Assembly (NCBI GenBank): GCA_031364845.1
Contig: JANLWX010000176.1
Span: 1-46,817 of the forward strand
Origin: Candidatus Eiseniibacteriota bacterium
GTDB lineage: Bacteria; Eisenbacteria; RBG-16-71-46
DNA length: 46,817 nucleotides
Direction of reading: 5' to 3'
A program made the translations under genes and the position numbers. Numbering within the stretch: the stretch's first letter is position 1; every line of letters starts with the position of its first letter. Of the stretch, positions 38,950-46,817 are shown in pieces. Below the pieces are notes generated by a model. It was not told the DNA's origin and made no database searches. It saw only the letters and a list, made by a program, of their open reading frames with translations.

Positions 38950-41898
38950 TCAGGGAGCGGATTCCGGCAGCGGGGGCAGCGTGATCTCGCGCAGTTCGGG
39001 ATCCAGGATGCGGACGGTATGGGTCTGAGACAAGCGCAGGAAATATTTCTGCAGAGCCCGCTCCGTCTCGAGCCGGCGATGATTCTCGGTCCGTGCCGAA
39101 ACCGCATCGATGCCGGGACGCAAGCGCTCGACCAGCCGCACCCGCGCGATGCCGCGCGTCAGCTCCACCCAGTCGCTCAACTGACCGTTGGAGAGTGCGG
39201 GTGCCAGCTTTCCACCGAACACCAGCGAATCGACGCGCTCGGCACCGCCGAGTCCGACGATGCCCTTGCCGGGAGCGACATCGGTGATCCGCTCGAACCC
39301 ACCCCACAGCGCCGCGATGCTGTCGAGCGAGAAGCCCGCGTGAGCGAGCGAGTCGAGTTCGTTGCGTTTCGCATAGAGGGATTCGATCGCGCGCACGCGG
39401 CGGTATTCCGCGATCACGCGATCACGCGCCGTGGGCCAGTCGCTCTTGCGCGAGGTGCCGATGCTGTCGAGCCATGCGATGAGAACGCCGAAGCCCTTGA
39501 GCGGCCGCGGGCGGCGCACGATCTCACCGGGCTCCATCGCGGCCAGGGTCCGCAGCGTGGGCTGCAATTCCTGCGTCATGTTCTCGATTTCGTTGAACGG
39601 GACTTCGCGTTGCAGCAGGTCGTATTTCATGCGCTTGGCAAAGGCGCGCAGCTGAGCCGGGGTGTGCGAGACCGCGAGCAGACTCTCGGCGGTCCCGAGC
39701 GCAAGGCGTTCCGACTTGCGGGAGGCCGCATCCCAGCCCACGTTTACGTAGACATACTTGAGCGGCTCCGCAACCAGCGGCAGCTGGTCGATGACGCGGA
39801 TGATGTGCCACCCGGCCTCGGTCCTCACGAGGTCGCTGGTGTCACCGACCTTGAGCGCGAACGCGGTGTGCTCGAATGCGTCCAGCATCACTCCGCGGCC
39901 GAAGAATCCGAGATCACCGCCCTTCCCGCGAGTCGGTTCGTCGTCCGAGTAACGCCGCGCGAGCTCCGCGAAATCTTCTCCGGCACGCAGTCGCTGCAGC
40001 AGACCCTGCGCCTTGAGCCGCGCGGCTTCGTCCGCTGCCTGACCAGCAGCCTCGGGGCTCACGAGGATGTGTCGCGCACGCAGCTGTTCGGGCGCCGAAT
40101 ACCGATCGAGGTTCTCCAGGTGATGGCGCTCCACCTCCTGTCTCGTGAGCGGCACGTTCATGGGTTCCCGGTAGGGAATGTTGAGCTCGGTGTAGTAGAG
40201 CGCCTTGCCTCCGGAGTAACGTTCCGGATCGCGGTCGTAACGTGCGCGCGCCCCGGCTTCCTCGTCCGCGGCGCGCTGGGTTTCCTGCTCGGTGCGCAGG
40301 ATCGGCAGATACTCTTGGAACGATGGGACGAAGTCGCGAACCACCTGATGCACATGGAAAACGAGGGTGCCACGCGGGAGTGCGGCGACTCCGGTCCCGA
40401 GCGCGCCGCCGCGGGCGGCCAGCGAATCGCGCACGACCGAGCCGAAATATCCGGTGTCGGCCGGAGCCCCGAGTGGCAACGGACCCGCGTCTCGAAGCAA
40501 CGTGGCCTGCGATTCGACCCCGCGGTCGCGGCGCCCGGCGCGCCAAGCCTGCTCGAGACGCGCGGCGATAAGACGCGAGCGCTCGATGCGTTCGTCACGG
40601 CGCCAGCGCGCTCTCACGTCCTCGCGCACTTCGGCGAGCGCGCGCGAGCGAATCTTCGCGGTCACGGCATCATACGCGCTGAAGTCGGCGAGATGGCGGC
40701 GATAGTACTGTTCGAGGTCGGCCGCACTCGGATTCGCTGGGGCGATCGCGCTGGTGTCGAACACCGCATAGCGCACGCGGTAGGCGGTCGTGCGCAGCAT
40801 CGACTTGCGATTTTCGTAGAGGGCGCGCAGTTCGGGCTCGCTTGTCCGCATGGCGTGCTGCTCGCGAAGCACCCTGCGGATTTCGCGCGCCACGTCGCGC
40901 AGTGGCGTCACCCCCGCCGGTGAGAACTTGTCGATGCGCACGATCAACCAGCCATCGCGGCCGGGATGCACCTGGGGCAGAATCGTGCCCGGGGCGGGAT
41001 GGGATCCGAACACCGCCGCCTTCGCAGCCGGCGTCACGGGCCACCAGGCCGGGAAGTCGTTCGGCGACACGATCACCTTGGAGCGCACGCCACCGTTCGC
41101 CGAGCTCACGCCCTCGAACGTGGTTCCCCGCCCGAGGGCGGCGAGCAGACTGTCGGCTGTGACGCGGCTCCGGTCGCTCGCCACATCGCCCACTTGAATC
41201 ACGGACAGCTCCGCGCGCTCCCCGCGGACCAGATCCTTCTGGTGCGTTCGGTAGTACTCGAGCACCTCGGCTTCGGTCGGCTCGGGATAGCCGCCGTCGA
41301 ATTCGCTCACCCGCAGGGCGAGGTATTCGAGCGTGGCGCGGGACAAGTTGCGTTCCACTGCGGCGCGCAATGCCGCGGCATCGGGAGCCTGCTCGCGCTC
41401 GACACGTTGCGCGAGCTTGCGCCCGGCAATCTCGCCGCGGATCTGAGCGACGGTGTTCCGGTATTCCTGCGAGTTCGCCGCTTTGACGCGCTGGAATCGC
41501 TCGGGGCTGAACCCGCCCCCCTGATTGAAGAACGGATGCGTGCGGAACTCGGCATCGATCTCGGCCTCGGTCACCGAGATCCCGCGCCGCAGGCCTTCGG
41601 CGATCAGCAACTCGGTGCGGATCAGCCGCTCGAGGGCCTGGCGGCGGATGAGCTTGGCGATCTCGGTGCTCGGCTTCACGCCGCGCGCGCGTTCATGATC
41701 GGTCAGGGCCTGACGCGCAGCCTGTTCGTATTCGGCGCGCGTGATGCGGCGGCTCCCGACGGTCGCGACGACGCTTCCCGGTCCGGCATCGTTCTGCGCC
41801 TGCGTTCGGGACGAAACCGCCAGCGCCGTGAGCGCAAGGACGGTGCTCAGCAGGACCACGGCCCAACGCTTCCGTTCACTCCTTCGATTCGGGATCAC
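38950..41898 (-). CDS. Large SurA/PpiD-like parvulin peptidyl-prolyl isomerase / chaperone
   Basis: Signal peptide; SurA_N (VVATVG...IT..EY, ALERLI..ELL...G.RRGISVTEAEI); intact rotamase RARHILV...GEDFAELARRYSDD...GGDLGFF...GWHII. Confidence 0.88.
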   Translation of the reverse strand: MIPNRRSERKRWAVVLLSTVLALTALAVSSRTQAQNDAGPGSVVATVGSRRITRAEYEQAARQALTDHERARGVKPSTEIAKLIRRQALERLIRTELLIAEGLRRGISVTEAEIDAEFRTHPFFNQGGGFSPERFQRVKAANSQEYRNTVAQIRGEIAGRKLAQRVEREQAPDAAALRAAVERNLSRATLEYLALRVSEFDGGYPEPTEAEVLEYYRTHQKDLVRGERAELSVIQVGDVASDRSRVTADSLLAALGRGTTFEGVSSANGGVRSKVIVSPNDFPAWWPVTPAAKAAVFGSHPAPGTILPQVHPGRDGWLIVRIDKFSPAGVTPLRDVAREIRRVLREQHAMRTSEPELRALYENRKSMLRTTAYRVRYAVFDTSAIAPANPSAADLEQYYRRHLADFSAYDAVTAKIRSRALAEVREDVRARWRRDERIERSRLIAARLEQAWRAGRRDRGVESQATLLRDAGPLPLGAPADTGYFGSVVRDSLAARGGALGTGVAALPRGTLVFHVHQVVRDFVPSFQEYLPILRTEQETQRAADEEAGARARYDRDPERYSGGKALYYTELNIPYREPMNVPLTRQEVERHHLENLDRYSAPEQLRARHILVSPEAAGQAADEAARLKAQGLLQRLRAGEDFAELARRYSDDEPTRGKGGDLGFFGRGVMLDAFEHTAFALKVGDTSDLVRTEAGWHIIRVIDQLPLVAEPLKYVYVNVGWDAASRKSERLALGTAESLLAVSHTPAQLRAFAKRMKYDLLQREVPFNEIENMTQELQPTLRTLAAMEPGEIVRRPRPLKGFGVLIAWLDSIGTSRKSDWPTARDRVIAEYRRVRAIESLYAKRNELDSLAHAGFSLDSIAALWGGFERITDVAPGKGIVGLGGAERVDSLVFGGKLAPALSNGQLSDWVELTRGIARVRLVERLRPGIDAVSARTENHRRLETERALQKYFLRLSQTHTVRILDPELREITLPPLPESAP

Positions 41899-41960
41899 CT
41901 TTGCTCGTTCTCCTCGCTGAATGGGATGGCCTGACTCTCATGCAGTATGCTGCCCGGAAC

Positions 41961-42770
41961 ATGATCCCGACCGCGCTTCCGATGGCTTCGCTCACGTACG
42001 ATTCGACCGCACCCGTTCCGTGCTGGACCGTGGAGACCGCGGAAGCGGTGCTCGCCTTCAGCACGCGGCTCGGCGGCGTGAGTTCTGCACCCTACGATTC
42101 GCTCAACGTCGGGCGCTCGACCGGCGACCATTCCGAGGCGGTCACCGAAAACCGCCGCCGCCTGCTCGCGCACCTCGGCCTCGATCCCGAGTGCCTCGCT
42201 ACCGCCGGACAGACTCACGGCGTGCGCGTGACCCGTGTGGAGGGCCCCGGTCTCGAGCCCGATTGCGATGCACTCGTCACCACGGTGCCCGGTCTCGCCG
42301 TCGCGGTGACGGCCGCCGACTGCCTTCCGATCGGACTCGTCGCCCGGGGTGCGGTCGGCGTCGCCCATTCGGGATGGCGTGGGACCGCCGCGGGCATACC
42401 CCGCGCCACTCTCGACGCCGTGTGCGCAGCCGCCGGTGTGGGACCGCAGCAGGTGCATTGCCATCTCGGGCCCTCCATTCGGCCGTGTTGTTATCGCGTG
42501 GGTGACGATGTGGCGGAAGCGTTTCCCCATGTCGCCCGTGTACGGATCGACGGCGTATGGCATGTCGACCTCGCTACCGCCGCTCGCGTGCAACTGATCC
42601 GTGCGGGAGCGGTTCCCGAACACATCACCGATGTCGCCGAGTGCACGGCCTGCCATGGAGATCGGTACTTCTCGCACCGCCGTGATGCCGGAACGACGGG
42701 ACGATTGTGGGCTGTCGCAGCGCGGCGCGCCACTGCGGACCCGGGGCCGCCCCGCGGCGGGCCAGTATAG
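41961..42770 (+). CDS. pgeF: YfiH/PgeF family (purine nucleoside phosphorylase / polyphenol oxidase-like)
   Basis: FSTR.GGVS..PY.SLNVG, QTHG, DALVT, AADCLPI, HSGWRG, GPSIRPCCY.VG, FSHRR. Start uncertain (41940, 41961 or 41982). Confidence 0.92.
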   Translation: MIPTALPMASLTYDSTAPVPCWTVETAEAVLAFSTRLGGVSSAPYDSLNVGRSTGDHSEAVTENRRRLLAHLGLDPECLATAGQTHGVRVTRVEGPGLEPDCDALVTTVPGLAVAVTAADCLPIGLVARGAVGVAHSGWRGTAAGIPRATLDAVCAAAGVGPQQVHCHLGPSIRPCCYRVGDDVAEAFPHVARVRIDGVWHVDLATAARVQLIRAGAVPEHITDVAECTACHGDRYFSHRRDAGTTGRLWAVAARRATADPGPPRGGPV

Positions 42771-42812
42771 CAATTCGGCCGCACGCACCGCATTCACGCC
42801 CGCGATTGATTT

Positions 42813-43259
42813 TCAAAGTTTGGACGATCGTCGCACACCGCCGAAGTCGAGCGGGTTGAATCCGAGATCGGGCCGGCTCACGCGCCGCAGCACGCCGCTG
42901 TCGGTCGTGACGTGAACCTCGCACGTCACGGCGACCACGCCGCGAAACAGATGTCCCGTGAACGCCGCGAAGTCCGCTCCTCCGATCACCGCATGACAGT
43001 GCGGGAACGGACGACCCTCGAACTCGCTGAAGTTTCCGGTCAGTGCCCCGATCTCCCAATCGCCTTCGAATACCCGGCGCACGTAGTCGCGCGAGCCGCG
43101 GACGAAGAATCCGAGTTCGGGATCGGACACCGAACCGATCCCCGAGATCGTGCCGGCCCGCACGCCTTCGCTCGCAGCGAATGTGGCGAGCCTCTCGATG
43201 ATCTCCTCGCCCGCGTCGATCCGGACCGCATAGCCGTACCGGGTTCGCTGAAGCTCCAT
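42813..43259 (-). CDS. DUF296 / PPC domain protein
   Basis: VRID.GEEI...L, SGIGSV, EI..LTGN, PH.H.VIG.....TGHL...V..TCEV; SD GGAGG. Confidence 0.9.
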   Translation of the reverse strand: MELQRTRYGYAVRIDAGEEIIERLATFAASEGVRAGTISGIGSVSDPELGFFVRGSRDYVRRVFEGDWEIGALTGNFSEFEGRPFPHCHAVIGGADFAAFTGHLFRGVVAVTCEVHVTTDSGVLRRVSRPDLGFNPLDFGGVRRSSKL

Positions 43260-43313
43260 CAATCCTCCCTGCCTTGTGCCCGTCGATCGCGCTGCGCTCC
43301 CGGGGCGCGTCCC

Positions 43314-45218
43314 TCAAACCCAGTGCGACCCGCCGCGGCGCGCGGTCCATTCGAAAAACCCGGTGATCGCTTCCCCGGCGTCGACGCCGGTCTCGAGCCA
43401 CACGAGCCGCGCGATCTCATCGATCGTGCGCGATCCATCGCAGGCATACCACGCGAGTTCGAACAGTGTCGACGCCATCGGTGCCGCGCGTTCGAGCGCG
43501 CGGATCGCCTCGCGCTCGGCGCGTGGCGTCGTGTCCCAGCCGGGCGCGAGATGCCGGAGCATCCCGAGCGGAGCCGGAATCGCTCGGCGCGGGATCTTCG
43601 CGCGGCGCGGATCATTGCCGGCCGGCCACGGCGCATCGGGCGGGATCAGAGGTTCCGTCTCGCGCGCCACGAACGCCCGCAGCACCACGCGCGCGGCATC
43701 GAGGCGCGCGGCGGGTTCACCGAGTGTGGCCAGGCTCGCGAGCGCACGCTCCCCCGCGTGCGCCGCGCGCGCGACCGCCCATGCCGGATTCGGCGCGTCG
43801 AGCGCGCGCAACACCCGCGCACGAGCGCCGCGCTCGACCGAACGCGCGAGTGCGGCGCGATCTTCGTCGCTGAGTGCCGCGAGATGGCCCGCGTAGGTCG
43901 CAGCACTCCGCACCGCGAGCGCGAGTGAGCGGGGATCGGTGTGGTCGGGCGTGTCGTGCGAGGAATGGTAATAACGATCGGGCCATTGGATCAGCATCGG
44001 CGTCGGCACGCCGACCGCGGGATCGATCAGCACGGCATGGTCGCTACCACCGGAATACGGAACCTCCGCCATGCGCGTCAGCGAGTAGTGCCCGGCACCG
44101 GAATAGTCGGTCACCCACTCCACCGCCTCGGTACGAATACGCGCGAGCAGATCCTCGGCGAACGACGCCATGTAGCACGGCGGATGCTCGAGGAGCAGCG
44201 TGCTCCCGCACGCGTCCTGATCCTGACCCACCATGTCGAGATTGATCCCGGCGATCAGGCGGTGCGCGCGCGCCGGATCACGCGCGAGCCACGCGCACGT
44301 ACCGGTCAACTCGGGCATCCACACGAAGCGCACACCGCCGCGCGGCCGCCACGCTCCCTGCGCGTGCAGCGTGGCGAGCACGCGCGCGGTCTCGAGCGCC
44401 GCGGCGACTCCGGAAGCGTTGTCATTGGCACTCGGCTCCGGATGACACAGGTGGGAGATCACGAGCACGTCGCGTTCGGCGGCGCCCCCGAGGCGGGCGG
44501 TCACGATCGGGATCGTGGTCGGAAACCGGCGGCTGTCGATCTCAACTTCGAGCTCGGGCCGTGCCCCGGCCGCGATCCGCGCGCGCAGCTCCGCCCCCTC
44601 GCGTGGGCTCAGCACGAAACCCCAGCCGCGTGGTTCGTCTCCGCTCCACCAGAACGAGGTGTAGGCGACCTGATCGGGATCCGTGTCGGCACCACGCACC
44701 GGCGGAAACAGCCGGCGGCCATCGCACAGGATGCCGGCCGCGCCGCGCTCGACCACCGCCAGCGTGTGAACCCGATAGGCCGAACCGCGCGTCAGCACCA
44801 CCGCGCCGCGCACGTCGATGCCGTCGTAGTCCGCATCCTCGGTGCCGTCTTCGAGCACCACGATGGGGAAGCGCCCGCGCGCAGGTGCACTGCGCAGCAC
44901 CAGCGACAGGCGGCACGTGTCGTAATCGCACACCACGCGCCCGGCTCCACCTTCGATCAACGTCGCCCGGGCGCGGGCGCAGTGCCAGCCTTCGGGCATC
45001 AACTCGCCGAGGTAACGGGTGACACCGTCGCCCGGGACCGGTTCGATCTCGGGCTCGATGCCGATCGCGCGCAACTGTCCCAGAAGCCACTGCACGGCAT
45101 CGTCGTAGCCCGGACTCGCCTGGACCCGATGAAACCGCGCGAGCTCGCGCACGCTCGCGAGCGCGCGTTCACCCGAAGCGACCGATCTCACCTGATCCAG
45201 CAACGGGCGGAAGCTCAC
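43314..45218 (-). CDS. DUF4910 / M28 aminopeptidase-like protein with PA insert and C-terminal winged helix
   Basis: HRVQASPGY, SHLCHP..SANDNASG, PELTG, INLDMVG, GGSDH, YYHSSHDT, DGSRTIDEIA. GTG start overlapping the GT87-like stop. Confidence 0.88.
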   Translation of the reverse strand: MSFRPLLDQVRSVASGERALASVRELARFHRVQASPGYDDAVQWLLGQLRAIGIEPEIEPVPGDGVTRYLGELMPEGWHCARARATLIEGGAGRVVCDYDTCRLSLVLRSAPARGRFPIVVLEDGTEDADYDGIDVRGAVVLTRGSAYRVHTLAVVERGAAGILCDGRRLFPPVRGADTDPDQVAYTSFWWSGDEPRGWGFVLSPREGAELRARIAAGARPELEVEIDSRRFPTTIPIVTARLGGAAERDVLVISHLCHPEPSANDNASGVAAALETARVLATLHAQGAWRPRGGVRFVWMPELTGTCAWLARDPARAHRLIAGINLDMVGQDQDACGSTLLLEHPPCYMASFAEDLLARIRTEAVEWVTDYSGAGHYSLTRMAEVPYSGGSDHAVLIDPAVGVPTPMLIQWPDRYYHSSHDTPDHTDPRSLALAVRSAATYAGHLAALSDEDRAALARSVERGARARVLRALDAPNPAWAVARAAHAGERALASLATLGEPAARLDAARVVLRAFVARETEPLIPPDAPWPAGNDPRRAKIPRRAIPAPLGMLRHLAPGWDTTPRAEREAIRALERAAPMASTLFELAWYACDGSRTIDEIARLVWLETGVDAGEAITGFFEWTARRGGSHWV

Positions 45219-46558
45219 GCGGCGCTCGCGACCGAACGCAGGCGGCGGCGGGGTTGCGCGCGGCGTGCAACGAACAGGGCGATCGCGACCGCGAGCGGAA
45301 TCCCGTACTCGACCCAGCGCCATGCGAGCGGGAGATGGAAGCTGCGCCCGGCCGCGGGTGTGTGGAACACGCCGTAGTTGAGAATCATCGTGAGCGAAAG
45401 GACGAGCCACGGCCATGACGGCTTGAGCGGCTCGAACATCAACGCCCATCCGAGATACCACGGGTGAAACACCGGACTCAGCAGCAAGGCGGTGCGAAAT
45501 CCGAGCTGGGTGGCGCGCTCGGGTGCGGTGCCCCGCGCGAGCGCGAAGCCGATCACCGCGGCGACTCCCGACGCCGCGACGGCGCGCGCGATGGAGTCGC
45601 TGCCGGTCCACAGCGCAAGGTAGTGGAACAGGAGCTCGTTGTTGCGCCACGACCCGCCGAAAGCCGAGAGGCCCGAATCCGGATGCCGCGTCCATGCGAG
45701 GTAGGCGCCGAGGCCGGCGCCGATGGAGACGAATGCGATCACGCGCGCGCGCCACGGGAAGCGCAGCACGAGGAACGGGACGGCCATCAGCGGCGCGAGC
45801 TTCGTGAGCACGCCCGCAGCGATCGCGAGCGCCGACGCGATCGGGCGGCGCTCGACCCACATCAGGGCGAGCGCGAGCCACAGCATGCCGGCCGGATCGT
45901 TGTGCGCGCTGCCGGCGAACTCGACGATCACGAGCGGATTCCATGCATACACGAGCACGTTTGCCGGGCTCAGGTCGCGCCGCTTCATCCACGCGAGGAG
46001 AACCACGACCAGCGCGATCTCGTTCAGCAGACACCACAACTTGATCGCCATCACCGAAGGCGACAGCGCGGCGACCGCGGCATAACCGGCGAGCGCCAGC
46101 GGCGGATAGATCGCCGACAGTTCGGGATGGTTGACGAACGGATGGATCGCGGAATCGCGCAGTGCCGCGAGCGCCGGATCGGCGGGACTCAGGGCGTACG
46201 GATCGAATCCGTGGGCGAGCACTTTGCCCTCCCACACGTAGCGGAACAGATCACCGGACAGCGACGGGGGAGCGGCGAGGAACGCGGCGCGCGTCGCGAG
46301 CGTGACGGCGAGCACCGCCCACCCGACGTGCGGCAGCGCGGACCAGCGCGGAAGCCGCAGGACCGCGAGCGCATAGAGCGCGAACGCGACCACGTAGAGC
46401 AGTTGAAACCGTCCGAGGTCGTGGAACGCACCGGGTAGATTCGCCATCCACGAAACCACGAGCGTGAGGGCAGTACCCAGCACGCCGAGTTCGAGGGCGG
46501 CTGCGATACCCGGAGGATGCGCGCCACCTTCGACCAGCGTAAGTGGCGGTCGCGACAT
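45215..46558 (-). CDS. GT-C fold membrane glycosyltransferase (GT87/DUF2029-like)
   Basis: LSGDLFRYVWEG, G.DPY..SP, IYPP, YAWNPLVIVEF.GSAHND, PVFHPWY; multiple TM helices. Confidence 0.85.
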   Translation of the reverse strand: MSRPPLTLVEGGAHPPGIAAALELGVLGTALTLVVSWMANLPGAFHDLGRFQLLYVVAFALYALAVLRLPRWSALPHVGWAVLAVTLATRAAFLAAPPSLSGDLFRYVWEGKVLAHGFDPYALSPADPALAALRDSAIHPFVNHPELSAIYPPLALAGYAAVAALSPSVMAIKLWCLLNEIALVVVLLAWMKRRDLSPANVLVYAWNPLVIVEFAGSAHNDPAGMLWLALALMWVERRPIASALAIAAGVLTKLAPLMAVPFLVLRFPWRARVIAFVSIGAGLGAYLAWTRHPDSGLSAFGGSWRNNELLFHYLALWTGSDSIARAVAASGVAAVIGFALARGTAPERATQLGFRTALLLSPVFHPWYLGWALMFEPLKPSWPWLVLSLTMILNYGVFHTPAAGRSFHLPLAWRWVEYGIPLAVAIALFVARRAQPRRRLRSVASAA

Positions 46559-46566
46559 CCCGGAAC

Positions 46567-46817
46567 TCAGCGCCCGGTGACGGTCACACGCGCGGCGCGG
46601 TGCGCGGTGTTCCCGGCGAGATCGACGACCCTTACGCCGATCGCATGCTCGCCCGCCGCCACGTCCGGGATCAGCGCTCGAAACGACGCCGTGAGGCCGT
46701 CGGCGAATCCGCCGTCGGGCGTGACGGTGCGCGCGGCCTCGTTGTCGATCGAGACTTCGATGCGAGTGATCGGGGTCGCCGTATCGCGCGCGGAGCCTTC
46801 GATGCGGATCCCGCCGG
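46567..46817 (-). CDS. 3' end of a gene (partial), C-terminal Ig-like domain
   Basis: Manual translation ...GGIRIEGSARDTATPITRIEVSID...GEHAIGVRVVDLAGN...VTVTGR*; not in the ORF track because the start lies outside the window. Confidence 0.75.
   Translation of the reverse strand, partial: GGIRIEGSARDTATPITRIEVSIDNEAARTVTPDGGFADGLTASFRALIPDVAAGEHAIGVRVVDLAGNTAHRAARVTVTGR

Overview
High-GC bacterial chromosomal segment. The gene content and the two secreted proteins with FlgD-Ig/T9SS-type C-terminal tails suggest an FCB-related candidate lineage such as Ca. Eisenbacteria (inference only). The left half (1-25.7 kb) is a mix of glnS, an ABC-F gene and envelope, secreted or accessory genes: a TolB-repeat amidohydrolase, NYN protein, OmpA, a LTD-PHP hydrolase, a DAGK-PAP2 fusion, an SGNH hydrolase, an MFS-spermidine synthase fusion, a gluzincin and a beta-helix protein. 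The right half is mostly a minus-strand housekeeping run: GT87-like, M28/DUF4910, DUF296, pgeF (+), PPIase, a hypothetical, mutL, miaA, tRNA-Gly, der, plsY, gpsA, merR, tRNA-Pro, acyltransferase, GT2, surE, pcm, tRNA-Pro, acyP, an RpoS-like sigma factor and apt. The best hidden signal is missed by the ORF track. The gene called at 24548 really starts at 24353 and reads through an in-frame TGA sitting at the first Cys position of a thioredoxin motif (W-U-H-T-C). A SECIS-like hairpin follows the TGA directly, making this a candidate exported thioredoxin-TPR selenoprotein. Also noted: sigma54-type promoters upstream of the secreted/stress genes and a switch-like structured element at the left edge. 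No CRISPR array, transposase or integrase was seen.
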